Assembly: GCA_002104905.1 (NCBI GenBank)
Contig: MCFE01000029.1
Coordinates: 62,001-126,000 of the forward strand
Length of the DNA stretch: 64,000 nucleotides
DNA from: Basidiobolus meristosporus CBS 931.73
Taxonomy: Eukaryota > Fungi > Basidiobolomycota
Direction of reading: 5' to 3'
Under the pieces are notes generated by a model. That model made no database searches, was not told where the DNA came from, and was given only the letters and a program-made list of their open reading frames with translations. Positions 1 to 13,099 of this stretch are shown one piece after another. The stretch's first letter is position 1; every line of letters begins with the position of its first letter. The position numbers and the translations under genes are program-made.

Positions 1-549
1 CATCAAAATAATCTTTCATGGATGGTGGGGTGATGTTATGATGGCCACTTGCTGGTCCTCAGCCCAAGGTACTTAGCCATATTCCAATCTACCTCAGAGC
101 TAATCCATATGAAAAATCTCTAACTTGGAATTTTGGCCTGTAGTCTGCTAGTAATTTAATATTATTTAGAAGGTATTCAGACAGCATTTTTTTGCAAGAA
201 TTTAGTTGCAATTTTTGATGTAAATTGTTGGCTTCTTATCTCCAGATATGGTATGAATCTTGGTTGTCCCAGTCTCCTCTTGAAAAATATGTCTGCTTGT
301 TTGCCCAACTGCTGGTATATGAGATAATGATAGTTGTCAGACTTGAGAAAGTTGGAGTTCAACTGATTTTATGACAGTATGCTGCTGGCCTTTTAATATT
401 TTTTCTCTTAGGGTATGGTCAGCATGTGGCTCTGCAAAGATTCTCAACTGCCTGCTTGACTGAAAGCCTAAGGAATCTGCATTATTACCTTCAGTTGATG
501 TAGCCCTGCTTGTTGCACTGAATTTCAAGGCAACCTGTGGTCCAACCAT

Positions 550-979
550 TGTGGTAGGGTAATCATAACTCCAACAGACAAGCTTCTCCATTCAGCTATT
601 AAGATGCACTTATTCATATTTAATCTTTTCAATATTATCCCATAAATCTTTGCCCAGAGATTATCAGTATTATCCCCATATGATGTTTACTCTGATTAGT
701 TATCAGCATTAGTTATCAAAATGTTATTTAGCTTTGTGATCTTCAGAAGTACCCGCATTAGGCAAGTACCTATGTCAGCACCTATGACACAAGAAATGGG
801 TTTGTGTTACCATCCCTACCACTTCTATATTATATATAGTCTCTCTTTGTTACACAGGCTCCACATTACTGATCCCTGATTGGACAGATGTGCTATACCT
901 TCTAGAACTTTCCAGAACCATCTTAGAGTAGTATTAGCTCATAATGATGTCATCAAGAACTCTACTGATGCCTAGAACA
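550..979 (-). mobile_element. Solo LTR (430 bp) of a non-copia family, 4-bp TSD CCAT
   Basis: Ends are TGTGGTAGG...CCTAGAACA (TG..CA, imperfect inverted termini). CCAT flanks both sides (546-549, 980-983). A TATATAA-like box lies on the minus strand near 830. The paralogous CMC sequence at 11441-11470 lacks the insert and has one CCAT. Confidence 0.65.
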
Positions 980-1131
980 CCATTTTTTGCTGCTGTCAAC
1001 AGTGGAATTTGGTTGAGAACCAGACATCTTTGCTTTATTTTTTGGCAGCATGCAAATGGAAGTGAGTCCAACCACAGGGGAAATGGTTTTTCATATACAT
1101 TTGTATGTGGTGCCACAACTTTTTATATAAT

Positions 1132-1342
1132 AGACTTGTTCCATTGTGCCATTGATCATAGTGCCAGACAGTGCTGTATATTTTGTTATTAATTTGATAT
1201 TTTAGGGTCATATGCATATCAATTTTGATCGCAAATTGGCACTGCATGGCGCCATCTGGCACTCTGTGACATGATCAGGCACCATCTGGCATACTCTGGC
1301 ACTATTGGGCACTATGATCAGTTGGAATGATGGAACAAGTCT
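1132..1342. mobile_element. MITE (211 bp), PIF/Harbinger(Tourist)-like
   Basis: Perfect TIR AGACTTGTTCCAT / ATGGAACAAGTCT plus a subterminal inverted pair TGATCATAGTGCC / GGCACTATGATCA. A 3-bp TSD AAT lies at 1129-1131 and 1343-1345. The empty site (TATAATG on the minus strand) is in the paralog at ~11308-11320. Confidence 0.8.
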
Positions 1343-3922
1343 AATGCTTACTATGGCAGGTCATCATTGAATGTTACCTTTGTGTAGGTGCAAGGTGTCA
1401 AATACAAGACTGTCTTCAATTCACATGAGTATTGAAAAAACACTAGTATGATAGAGTCATATTCTTATGTGGAACTGTTTGCCCCATGGATAAGACTACA
1501 TTGACTCAGCACCTTAAGAGACAAGAAGAAAGACCATGTGGCTATTGCAACAAGCCTCTCAGCCATGAAGCACACAGACAGTATTGTGAGTATTACAAGG
1601 ATCATGGTCTGTATATTACCACACTAGTCATATTTCACCATCCATCAGTTACTATAGTACCATCAATATCTTGCCAGCCACTTGATACTTCTATAACTGC
1701 ACCTTGCCATACTTGTCACCTTCTGCAAACTGAGTCAGGTGAGTGTGCAATGCCTTTAAGCACAACCTAGCCTTCTGAACATGGCATGCAAAGTGATAGC
1801 TCTGAAAAAGTAGGCTCACTGGTGGATTGTGAGCCTATCTTTCCTAACAACAGTACCTTGCATGAGCCTGGCAAATTCCTGATATGCAATGAGATAACAC
1901 CTGTAGATGAAAAAGTAGAGGATACTCTATGGATCCAAGTGAGCTGAGAATTCCATCTACTGATGAATGATGTTATATTGTGGCTAGAGAAATGGTATGT
2001 TTCTACTAATATCAGTAATGTGGGCTTTGAGGGTCTAATACTACTTCTTATCAAAATTATACCAGGATGCAACTTACCATGCACATGGTACAAGCAAACA
2101 ACTATCATGTGGCTTGCATCATATGACCCAGAGATTGTCCTGATACTAGCATGCGTTAACAGCTGCATTGCATTCACATCAGGAAATGTCACCATTGCAA
2201 GGTATCCAATGTGTAGAGAATCCACCACCATCAAAGGAAATATTGTTCATCTTCTGCATACAATTCAGTAGTAGCCCATCTAAAGATGCTAATACAGTCC
2301 AACAAGAACTGTGAAGCTGTATAGTACCACACTCAGTATCAATCAAACACAAATATTTTTGATATATTGATGGCAAACATCACAAGCAACTAAGAAGGAA
2401 AGGCTACATTGAAGATATAGATGACCATGCCATTGCTTTGGCACTTGACAGATTCTCATTAAACAAGTACTCTACCAGTAAATTCTGCTGGCCACTGATT
2501 CTCATCAGTCTGAATCTGCCCCCTATGCTACAGTACCAGAGCAGAAATCTGATGGTGTCTCACCAGTATCTGTTCCTAAATCACCATCCAACCTGGATAG
2601 CCACCTGTATGTATTGTTGGATGAATCTAGTATGCCATCCAGCAGCATACTGGTAAGTGACCATTGTGTGAAAGTGCATATTATCATCTGCATTGGAGAT
2701 ACGCCAGCCATCAGCAAGATAGCAGGTTTTTATAGGCACAATGTGCAGTATTGCTGTCAAATGTGTAAGATTTTGGGATTTACTCCATACCTCACACACA
2801 TTATCCCTCTGAAAGATAATTTGGTCCTGTGGGTGGATCCAATCCAGATCAGCCATCAAGATCCTGTTTAGAGACCATCATAATATCAGCAGCTTGGAAT
2901 TAGTGACCCTCCTAATGGTCTTATGATGGGATCATAACAGTGTTTTGCTAATCTTACAACCAAACAAAGGGATAAAACTTGACAATATTTTATTGGTACT
3001 AGGACAATATTTGCATAGTATTGTTGTAGTCTTTCAGTGCTCTATAACTGCTCTAAGTGGATCCAGTTGGCTTGGACATCCAATTGCCTTATATGGCAAA
3101 AAACTTGACGTTATTTTGATGGCCTCACAGCAAAACTCTGATGGCATTTTACCGGTAGTATGACAGTCTATTGCTGGTTCTGTATATTGCTACAGTACCA
3201 ATTTACCAAATGGTATTTACTTTTTCCACCTCCCCTTGTGCAATTCATATACTCCACTGTAGAATCACCCCTCTTTATTTGCTTACCCACCACTACCCTG
3301 GGTATTCTACATTTAGTTTGAATCAAAAAAATATGGCCTCCTGCTTACTAACCTCTACAAATGCACATAACTGCCACAATTGACATACCTCTATCACCTC
3401 AACTTTACAGCATTTTAGTGTGATACTTGCAAAGTTGCCATATACCTTGTGCTGCTGGTAACATATATGTCTTGCAAACATATGCTTGGTTGTTGCCACT
3501 TCTGGCATGAATACCTCCTGAATATCTGCAAAGAACCTCTTGGTAAATAGCCAATATATTCCTTCTCCCTGCTGGATTCTAGTCCCCCTTATAGGTGTGC
3601 TCTGGCTTTTGTTTTTGTGAATTCTGTACTAAATGGTATAGAAGTTGGCTAGTGACCATGAGAAATCCAGCATATCTGGTAGAGTTTTCTGATAAAAATC
3701 AGTTGCGTGTTGCACCCAACCCAACTTTGCATTACTTAACTGATCACCCACGCATTGGGGCTGCTTAGCTTCTTCATGCCATAGGCATAGGTGTCTCCAT
3801 GTGCACATTTGTCCTTGGTATTTTCCAACTCTTTCTGGCTGTCCTCCATGTGCCAACTCATCACATCCATGACGGACTTGAAGATATTATTCTTGACAAG
3901 ATTGGGATATGGTAGTACCTGC

Positions 3923-6900
3923 TGTTGGAAGAGTCTTGGAGATATTGGAAGTGATTGGGAGAACAAGTAGATTTTGTGGTTTTCACTTAATGATTTATTG
4001 AATGTAAAAGTAGTATTTATACTTTTACCTGGTCTTGGCATTACAAACATGTAGAATAGGTTAAGGAAGGTCCCAAGAACATGTGTGCAAAGTTTGGGGC
4101 TGTTTGGACAACTTTGAGAATTTTCATGTTCTGGGTACCCGGTTTTTTGGTGAAAATATTCTAAGTAAATCCCAACAAGGAATTTGGTCAGTATTCTCTA
4201 GGAATTAAGGGTAATGATCTAAGTGACTAAGTTAGGTGAATATTTAGGTGGAATTACAAATTTTTACAACACTCCCACTCAGCTAAATGTTCATACTGAC
4301 TAGTCCTAATTTTGACCTAAGATATTCAAACTTGTCTCTAGCTAATGGTTTGGTAAATATGTCTGCAATCATTTCATCTGTAGGACAGTAAACTAAGCTA
4401 ACTAAGTTATTCTCTATAGCTTCATGTATGAAATAATGTCTAATATCTAAAAGCTAGGTTCTAGCATGAAAAGTTGGATTTCTACCTAATTGTATACATC
4501 CTTGATTATCTTGAGATAAAGCAATAGGCATTTTTTGACATAGACCTAAATCTGTAAAGATCTTTCTTAACCACATTGCTTCTTTTGTAGCTTCACAGGC
4601 TGCCATATACTCTGCCTCTGTGGTAGAAAATGCTACAGTTGGTTGCTTTCTTGAATTCCATGAAATTGCTCCTTTACAGTAAAGAAAGGTGTATACTGTG
4701 GTGGATCTTCTGTCTTCTAAATTTTGTCCCCAATAAGCATCAGAGTATCCCACAAGATCCTGTTCTGAATCATTTTAAGTGTATCTTAAGCAGATATCAG
4801 GAGTTCCTTTTAGGTATCTAAAAATCCGCTTAACTGCTGCAAGATCAGATCCATAGTTCTGATTATGTTGGCTGACAACTCCCACTGAATATGAGATATC
4901 TGGATGTGTTCTAAGCATGATATACATCAGACTGCCAACCATAGATTGATAAGGAAAGTCAGGGCTTTCAGATGGCACCAAGCTCTCTTGATTTGGTTGG
5001 GTTTTGACCAAGTTAAGGTTTGTCTCCATTGGGGTAGCTGCCGGTTTACAGTCTTCCATTTTGTACTTCTTTAGTATATCTTGAATATACTTGGATTGAC
5101 TTAGGGTGATAGTCTGGGTACTTCTGTCTATGGAGAACTTAATCCCTAAGTAGTTATCAAGTTCTCCTAGATTGGACATCTTGAACTCCTTAGATAGGCT
5201 GGATTTAGTCTCTTCCAATGTTTCTAGGTTATTGGTGGCTATAATAAGATCATCCACATATAGAGCTAATAGAACTGGAAATGCTCTATCTGGCTTATAG
5301 TATATACTATAGTCAGCATTACTTCTTTTGAAACTCAAGGATTCCAAATAAGAATCTATCTTGCAATTCCAGGCTCTTGGTGATTGTTTGAGACCTTATA
5401 GTGACTTTTTAAGCTTGCAGACCAAATGGGGGTTATCTTGGTCAACAAACCCATCAGGATGGTCCATATACACATCCTCATCAAGTTTTCCATTCAAAAA
5501 TGCAGTTTTTACATCCATTTGATGAATAAAAAACTTATATTTGGCTGCAATAGCCAATATTAATCTGATGGAATTAAACTTGGCTACCGGTGCAAAGGTC
5601 TCAGTATAGTCCAGTCCTTTTGTTTGAGAGTATCCTTTGGCTACAAGTCCTGCTTTGTATCTTTCAATTGTACCATCAGCCTTGTATTTTGTCTTGAAGA
5701 CCCATCTACATCCTATTGATTTTCAGTTGATTGGTAATTTGACTTAGTCCCAAGTTTGATTTTCCATTAGGGCCTGATATTCCTCAGTCATTGCAGATCT
5801 CCAAAACTTTGTCTGAGGGCTATTTAGGTCCTCTTTTACAGTCTGGGGCTCATCAATATGGACTGAACAGGCATAGGCTAAGTTTGTACCCTCATTGATA
5901 TAGTAATTTGGGCTATTTCTTGTCTGATTGGATCTCCGGGCAATTGATACTACAATGACCACTTCTGGGATATTCCTGGGCACTGATTCTGGCTGAACCA
6001 CGGCTGTAGAGTCCTCTGGAGTGAAAAAATTTTCATTGTTTTGCTCTGATTCAATCCTGACAATTGGTGGACTTGAGATCATATTTTCCTCATCATCTGA
6101 AGTCATTTTTTGTGTAAATTTTGAATTTTCATCAAACAACACATCCCTGGACTTGATCAGCTTCTTTGCTTTGGTAATGTAGAGTCTGTATGCCTTACTC
6201 TCATTGCAGTAGCCCAAGAATATGCATTTTACACTTTTTGGCTCAAATTTTGACTGGTTTCTGGCCAGTTTTTTGGCATATGCTGTACACCCAAATATTT
6301 GTAGATGTTCTGCACTTGGTCTGTATCCATACCATGCTTCAAATGGAGTAGAATCACAAAGTATTCTGTTATAACTCCTATCTTTAAGGTATACAGCAGT
6401 GGCAACTGATTCCGCCCAAAAATCATAGGATAATTTTTGATCATGGATTATAGATCTTGCCATATCAATTACTGATCTGTTAGCTTGTTCTGCTACTCCA
6501 TTTTGCTGTGGGGAGTATGGTACAGTAGTCTCTTGCTTTATCCCATGAATTTTGCAGAAGTGGATGAAGAGTTTTGAGGTATATTCTCCACCATTGTCAG
6601 AGCGTATTTTCTTGATTTTTTCACCAGTTTCTCTCTCCACCATGGCTTTAAACTCCCTGAGCTTAGACAGAGCTTCTTCCTGGTTCTCCATGAAGTATAC
6701 CCATGTGTATCTTGTATAATCATCAATAAAACTGATCAAATACTTCATCCCACCTAAGGATAAATTTTGTATAGGTCCACACAGATCTGAGTGAATTAGA
6801 TCTAATTTTTCTTAGTTTTGATTAACCCAGAGCTCTTAAACAGTTGTCTGGCATGTTTCCCATATATGCAGGCCTCACAGTGCTTCAAATTAGCTGGGGG

Positions 6901-8605
6901 ATCAATTTTCACTCCAGAAATTAGCTGATCTTTGATCATTTTACACAAATAATCAAAATTGATGTTGATGTGTCCAAATCTCCTGTGCCAAAGCATTGGT
7001 GCCTCTTCATTTAAGTTACTTATATTGGCTTCCAGATATGATGGAATATAAGTCAACTTGTATAGATTCTGATCTCTGATGCCAAAAGCAATATGGGCAC
7101 CATTTTGATCAGTGATCCTGCATCCAGAACTGTCAAAGCTGGAACTGAGTCCTTCTGCTGTGGCCTTGCTTACAGGGAGTAGGTTCTTGGCTATTTCTAG
7201 TACATAGAGTACTTCTTTAAAGGTCAGTGTATGGCTTCCTGCACTGCTTCTATGGTTTACTTGGATAGTTCCTTCTCCCACTGCATCAAGTGTTCTATTG
7301 TCACCCATGAAAACCTTCTTAATTGGAATTTCTTGATATTGGGTAAAAAGTTCTTTTTGGTGTGTAAAGTGTTGAGATGCTCCAGAGTCAATCACCGCAT
7401 CTGAGAATCCTTGTTTGTGGTCATATTTAGTGCAGATATGAATAGTCTATCTTCAGTTGTTGCAGCATTTCCATATTCAGGCTTCTTTTGCTGATTATCT
7501 TTCTTTTTGAGACACTGGTCTGATGTGTGTCCTTTCCTTGTGCAGTAGTTGCAAAATAGGTTGCTGTTGCCTTTCTGGGACTTGGGTACCTCCTTTGTTG
7601 GTTATCATTGCTTATTAAAGCATTTTCTTCTTCCTTCTTATTGGCACTTGATTTTCTTAATTCTTCATCAAGGAGCCTTCCATATACATAATTTAAGGTC
7701 AAATCTTCAGTTCTGAACTCTAGAGCTGATACAAGGCCTTGAAACTTGTCTGTCAGGCTATTCAGGATGATAACTATCACATCCTCATCAGTAGTTGGTA
7801 CACCCACAGATTCCATCTCATCTACCAGCAGGGTAATTCTGTTAATTAGATTTTTCATTTCTTCTCCTGGTAGCATCTTTGTAGTAAAGAATTTTTGTCT
7901 CAGATACATTTTCTTGGCAGCTGAGCATGACTGGTAGGTGTCTTCTAATGCTTTCCAGGCATCCTTTTTCATTTTTGCTCTTGAGCATTGAATTAGCAAT
8001 TTGTCCTTGACATTAAGGCAAATGCAGTTAAAGGCACTTTGTTCTTTCTTCTGGTACTTTAAGGCTTCTTCTCCCACATTTTTAGGAGGGCATTCTTCTC
8101 CCATGACAATATCCCAAAGGCCTCTTTCTTGTAGCAGCATCTTCATCTTCACCTTCCACACTTAGTAGTTAGAGCCATCCAACTTTTCAGTAGAGGGAAA
8201 AATTCCAGTAATAGCAGTAGCAGACATTGCAGAGAGTGACAGCTCAGAGCTCATAACCTGTTGTAAGAGTTTTGGAGATATTGGAAGTGATTGGGAGAAC
8301 AAGTAGATCATGTGGTTTTCACTTAATGATTTATTGTATGTAAAAGTAGTATTTATACTTTTACCTGGTGTTGGCATTACAAACATGTAGAATAGGTTAA
8401 GGAAGGTCCCAAGAACATGTGTGCAAAGTTTGGGGCTGTTTAGACAACTTTGAGAATTTCATGTTCTGGGTACCTGGTTTTTTAGTGAAAATATTCTAAG
8501 TAAATCCCAACAAGGAATTTAGTCAGTATTCTCTAGGATTTAAGGGTAATGATCTAAGTGACTAAGTTAGGTGAATATTTAGGTGGAAATACAAATTTTA
8601 CAACA
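3923..8605 (-). mobile_element. Ty1/copia LTR retrotransposon, full length, degenerate (copia-1)
   Basis: LTRs at 3923-4271 and 8259-8605 (TG..CA) differ by about 11 substitutions and 3 indels by eye. The 5-bp TSD CCTGC is exact (3918-3922, 8606-8610). PPT at 4272-4283; PBS GGTTATGAGC next to 8258. Fragmented gag, PR (IDSGAS), IN (SDNGGEY, QNGVAE), RT (LYVDD), RNaseH (TEAEY). Confidence 0.97.
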
Positions 8606-9037
8606 CCTGCAACTTGACTTGTCTTCCTATCTCCCTACACATTTGCTCAATAGGAAACTCCAAAAAGGTGAAGCAAGGCCCAATATTCTCCACACACCAT
8701 CCAGGATGGAGTAGAGAATGAATACAGTAGCAGCAGAGATCTACACATTCAGCTCTATGTTTGCAGTATATCTGCTCAAATCCTGCCGTAAGCTCCTCCC
8801 ACAACAGCTGTGGATGCATCAAGTTGGCATTAGTGATCCACTTCTGGATAAATATTCCTACAATGACCACATATGACTCCCAATGCTTCCAATGTACTCT
8901 TGGTAGGAATGGCTTCAGAACACTACTGTCATGATCACCTGACAACCATGAACACCCATGCCAAGTTTCAGCTTCCTAGCTCAATTTCTGGAACCTTCTA
9001 CCACCTTCCAGAAAGTTGCTGACCTTTCCAAACTACT

Positions 9038-9433
9038 GTTACACAATGGAACATTCCATGGAAGCTTCCCATTGTATTTTTCATAGTCCAGTACCATATA
9101 TGAAAATACCAGGTCACATGACTTAGTCACATGATCAGGTGACCCAATCCACTTCCCCATCCTGTCTCAGTGCCGTGTCATCTATGTCATTATCCCCAGC
9201 ACCATTGCTGTGCCTCACCCCACAACCCCATTAGTATTAGCTAATATCTCTTGGCATCAGTATAGCCAAAAAGTATATATAGTCCTATCCCCCCTTAAGT
9301 ATTCCTCAGTCTGATAAACACAGGTCTTGAATAAACAGCCTTGCCTTGAATCCTGCCTTGCCTTGATGGTCCACACCTAAGTCCTTTCCTGCCATGCCTA
9401 GCTTTTCCTCCTGCCTTGTGTCTATTCATAACA
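9038..9433 (+). mobile_element. Solo LTR (396 bp) of a third family, 5-bp TSD ACTAC
   Basis: Ends are TGTTA...TAACA, with ACTAC at 9033-9037 and 9434-9438. It contains a TATATA box (~9274) and AATAAA (~9329), and interrupts the copy B transposase. No similarity to the copia LTR. Confidence 0.8.
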
Positions 9434-11391
9434 ACTACTTGATTTAATACATATCCAGCTCATGCAGTCTTTGCATTTGTATTGCTACATATGTGTATGA
9501 ATATTAATGGAGCCCTTGAGAAGTACTAAGGGTAGTGGATACTCTGTAATATCTTGCCAATTCTTTCAAATTTCTCCAGTATCTCAAAGGGCTTGTTTAG
9601 CTTGAAATGCCCCATGTACAACTTGGTCATCAGTATAGGGATATTGCTGAAAAGCAAATGTATTGCTCCCAGTGGAAAGCTTTTGCTCTCACAGATACCC
9701 TCTATCTTAAGTATATCCGGTTTCCAATGGATTCCAAATTCCAGCTGATGGCTTATAGCTTAACAACTTTGCTGCAATTGCATGATTACTTCTGTATGTT
9801 CTCTCTGTGGAAAGATAATGTTCTTGATGCTGGTGCTTGGGTAATCAGAATGTGTGTGAGTTATGGAGTAAATCCCCTGGATCTCACACATTTGACAGCA
9901 ATACTGTACATGGTGCCCATAAAAACCTGCTATCTTGCTGATGGCTTGTGTATCACCAATGCAGATAATAATATGAGCTTTTACATGATGGCCATTTACT
10001 GTTATCTTGCTGGAAAGCATACAAAACTCATCCAGCAATGGGTACAGGTAGCTATGCAGGCTGGAAGGTGATTTAGGCCCAAATACCAGTGAGACTACCA
10101 TCAGATTATTGCACTGATACTGCAAGATGGGCAGCAGATTCAGATTGATGAGATTCAGTGGCCAGCTGGATTTGCTGGTAGAGTACCTGTTTAGTGAAAA
10201 TCCATCAAGTGCTTAAGCAAAGGCATGGTCACACATACTTTCAAAGTTGCCCTTGCTTCTCAGCTGTTTGTAATGTTTGCCATCAAATATATTGGATATG
10301 TTTGCGCTTGATCAATACTGGGTGTGGTACTGTAGAGCTTTGTAATATTTGTTGGACTGCATCAGCTTCCTCAGACAGGGTATGACCAGAATATATCCAG
10401 AGTGTGAACAATGTTTTCCCTCAATGGTGGTGGATTCCTGACAATTGGAACATGTTGCAATGGTAGCATTTTTGGATGTGAATGCCATGCAACTGTTAAC
10501 ACAAGCTGGAATCAGGACAGTCTCTGGATCATATGTTGCCAGCCACATGAAAGTTGTGCGCTTGTACCATGTACATGGTAAGTTGCATCCCGGTATGATT
10601 TTGGCAAAAAGTAGTAATAAATCCTCAAAGCCCCCATTAGTGATATTAGTGAAAATGCGCTACTTCTCTAGCCACAACATTACATCATTCACCAGTAGAT
10701 GGATTACTGGGCTCACTTGGCTCCATAAAGTATCCTTGGCATTTGTTTCTGTGGGTGTTGTCTCATCGCATATAGGGACTTGACCAGGCTCATACGTGGC
10801 ACTGTTGTTAGGATAGATAGGCTCAAAATCTATCAGTGAACCTTCATTGTTGGAGCTATCACTCTGTGTGCCATATTCAGAAGACTGAGGTGAGCCTAAA
10901 GGTGTCACAAACTCACCTGGCTCAGTTTGTGCAAGGTGACAAAGATGGCCAGGTGCCAATATAGAAGTATCAACTGGTCAGCAACATAATGTTGGTACAG
11001 TAGTGACCAATGATTTGTCAAATATGACTTGGGTGGCAAAATACTGGTTGTGATCCTTGTAATACTTTCTATGCTGTCTGTGTGCTTCATGGCTGAGAGG
11101 CTTGCCACAATAGCTACATGGTCTTTTTTCTCTTCTCTTACAGCCTTGAGTCAAAGTAGTCTTGTTCATGGGGCAAACAGTGTGACCTTCAACAATGTAA
11201 CACTAATATATCACTTTTTGGTCAATACTCAGGTGAACTTAAGATAGTCTTGTATTTGAGACATTGCACCTACATGAATGTAAGATTTAATGATGACCTG
11301 TCATAGTAAACATTATAAATAAAGTTGTGGCACCACATACACATGTATATGTAACACTTGTTTCCCTTTGGTTTGACTCACTTCCATTTGT

Positions 11392-13099
11392 ATGCCACCA
11401 AAAAATAAAGCAATGCCCTCTGGTTCTCAACCAAACCCCACTGCTGATGGCAACAGAAGAATGGTTGGACAACAGCTTGCTTTGATATTCAGTGCAACAA
11501 GCGGGGCTACATCCAAAAAAGGCCATGTGGACAGTGTGCCCATTGAAGGTAATAATGCGGACTCCTCAGGCTCTCAGTCAAGTAGGCAATTGAGAGCCTC
11601 TGCAGAGCCACAAGCTGACCATTATGCTCAGGCAGATGGGAATGTAGCAAATGCAGTGTCCTTAGTTGAAGATCAGCAAGTGGCCATGATAGCATCACCA
11701 CCACTAATATTAGCAAGTATGTTGTCAGCTCATACCAAAGCATTAATGAAGCAATTAGGTGCAGTGATAGATAGTATAGATGCAATGGCCCAGAGAAATC
11801 AGGAAATATTCCAGAAACAGCATGAGCAGAAAATACATGTAGAGCAATCAATATCCCAGGTAGAGAAAGCAGTATCTTTGCTGCAAAGAAGGAACTCAAG
11901 TAGCTCAGTGTCACAGGCAAGAATTGAGCCATCTCCCAATGGAACAGCAGAAGAACACCATACAGTCTTTGAAGCAAAACAACAGTGCCCAAAGATAAAG
12001 CCCACAGAAAAACCTATCACAGCTTGAGCATTATCCCAGATTCAAACAGGCAAACAGATTTTGGGCTAGCATTGGTATGCTAAGAAAGTGTCTTACAAAT
12101 AGCAGAAACTATCAATGGCAGAAGAACAAGGGTGCCATAGCTAAAAACAAGCAGCTTCCTCAAGAGCCTGTTACAAGCAGGGCAGAAAGCCCTGGACAAG
12201 TATCAAAGAGATGTCAGGTAGCTGGAAGAGAGCCAATTAGGGACAAGCAGGCAGACACAGATGCACCAGCAAAACATTTATCAAGGAAAAAGCGTAGTAC
12301 CACTTAAGAAGCACCCAGTCAAAGTAGCAGTGAAGGACCTGGTAGTGATAAAAACTAGCTGCTTTTACAGGAGCCTGTCACAACTATGCTTGATAGCTCA
12401 AAACAAGCAGAAAAGGAATGTCAGGTTACCAGAAGAGTGCCAGCAAGGGACAAGCAGGCCAAAACAGATGTGTCAGAGCAGAATTTATCCAGGAGAAAAT
12501 GTAGTTCTTTACAAGAAGCACTGAGACAAAGTAGCAGTGAAAGACCTGGCAGTGATAAAGGAAAAGGTAAAGGGAAAAATGTCTACCAAAGCCTGAGACA
12601 GGGAGGCATGCAAAAAAAACTGCAGTTCTTGCCAATTAACGCCGCAGGCCAGGAACAGACTGAATCCCATCATAGCCAAGAAGAATTACCAACAAGAAAA
12701 CAGCTGTTTTCACATGAGTTGGAAGCGCAGCCAGTTGAGCTACACTCCATCAAGGTAGATGAGTTTACTGAAAAAGGCAATTTGTCTACAACAACCTCCA
12801 CAGCCTCCATTGTTGACAGAGTGGAGATCCCACTGACAGAGAAGGCTACAATATCAAGAGCTTGAAAGACTATTACAATGCCTTCAGTGCAATTTTGGAA
12901 CATTAATAGGCCCACAAAGAGGTTGCAGCACCTCTTCAAGTGCAGTGCTCAAGAAAATGCACTGGAATATTGCAAGGATTTATTGCAAAGACTGGCAGAT
13001 GCGGAGCTAGACCTTGCAGTGCTGGCTGAAGACCGGGACGTGTGGGAACCAGTGAATGAACAGTGGCATAAAGCTATTGGGTTCCCACAAAAGTTGTGA
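11392..13099 (+). pseudogene. Second (accessory) ORF of the CMC element, unknown function, broken by stops/frameshifts
   Basis: Consecutive frames 11392-12027, 12077-12307, 12386-12865 and 12878-13099. Divergent from the transposase and inside the element termini. A homolog lies on the minus strand at <1-1060 in copy A. Contains a predicted coiled-coil stretch. Confidence 0.5.
12139..12558 (+). repeat. Diverged tandem duplication, 2 x ~207 bp, inside ORF2
   Basis: Both units read ...GAGCCTGT(T/C)ACAA...ATGTCAGGT...AGGGACAAGCAGGC...ATTTATC...AAAGTAGCAGTGAA(G/A)GACCTGG(T/C)AGTGATAAA. Confidence 0.8.

Larger units (their letters stand above)
3323..11169 (-). pseudogene. Tnp2/Transposase_21-like transposase pseudogene of copy B, interrupted by copia-1 and a solo LTR
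   Basis: Fragments in order: ACVNSCMAFT..C..C; YLYPLLDEF...ICIGDTQAISKIAGFYGHHVQYCCQMC; IHSLLHPGW...FLEFPIEQMCREIGRQVKLQ|VLPYPNLVKNNIF; VEVIEVCQLWQLCAFV. Many stops and frameshifts. Confidence 0.7.

Noticed and set aside
3736-4050. Recurring ORFs starting MFVMPRPGKSINTTF (also 8162-8386 and the N-terminus of 16656-19079)
   Set aside because: They are translations of LTR sequence from non-ATG starts, not a separate gene family.
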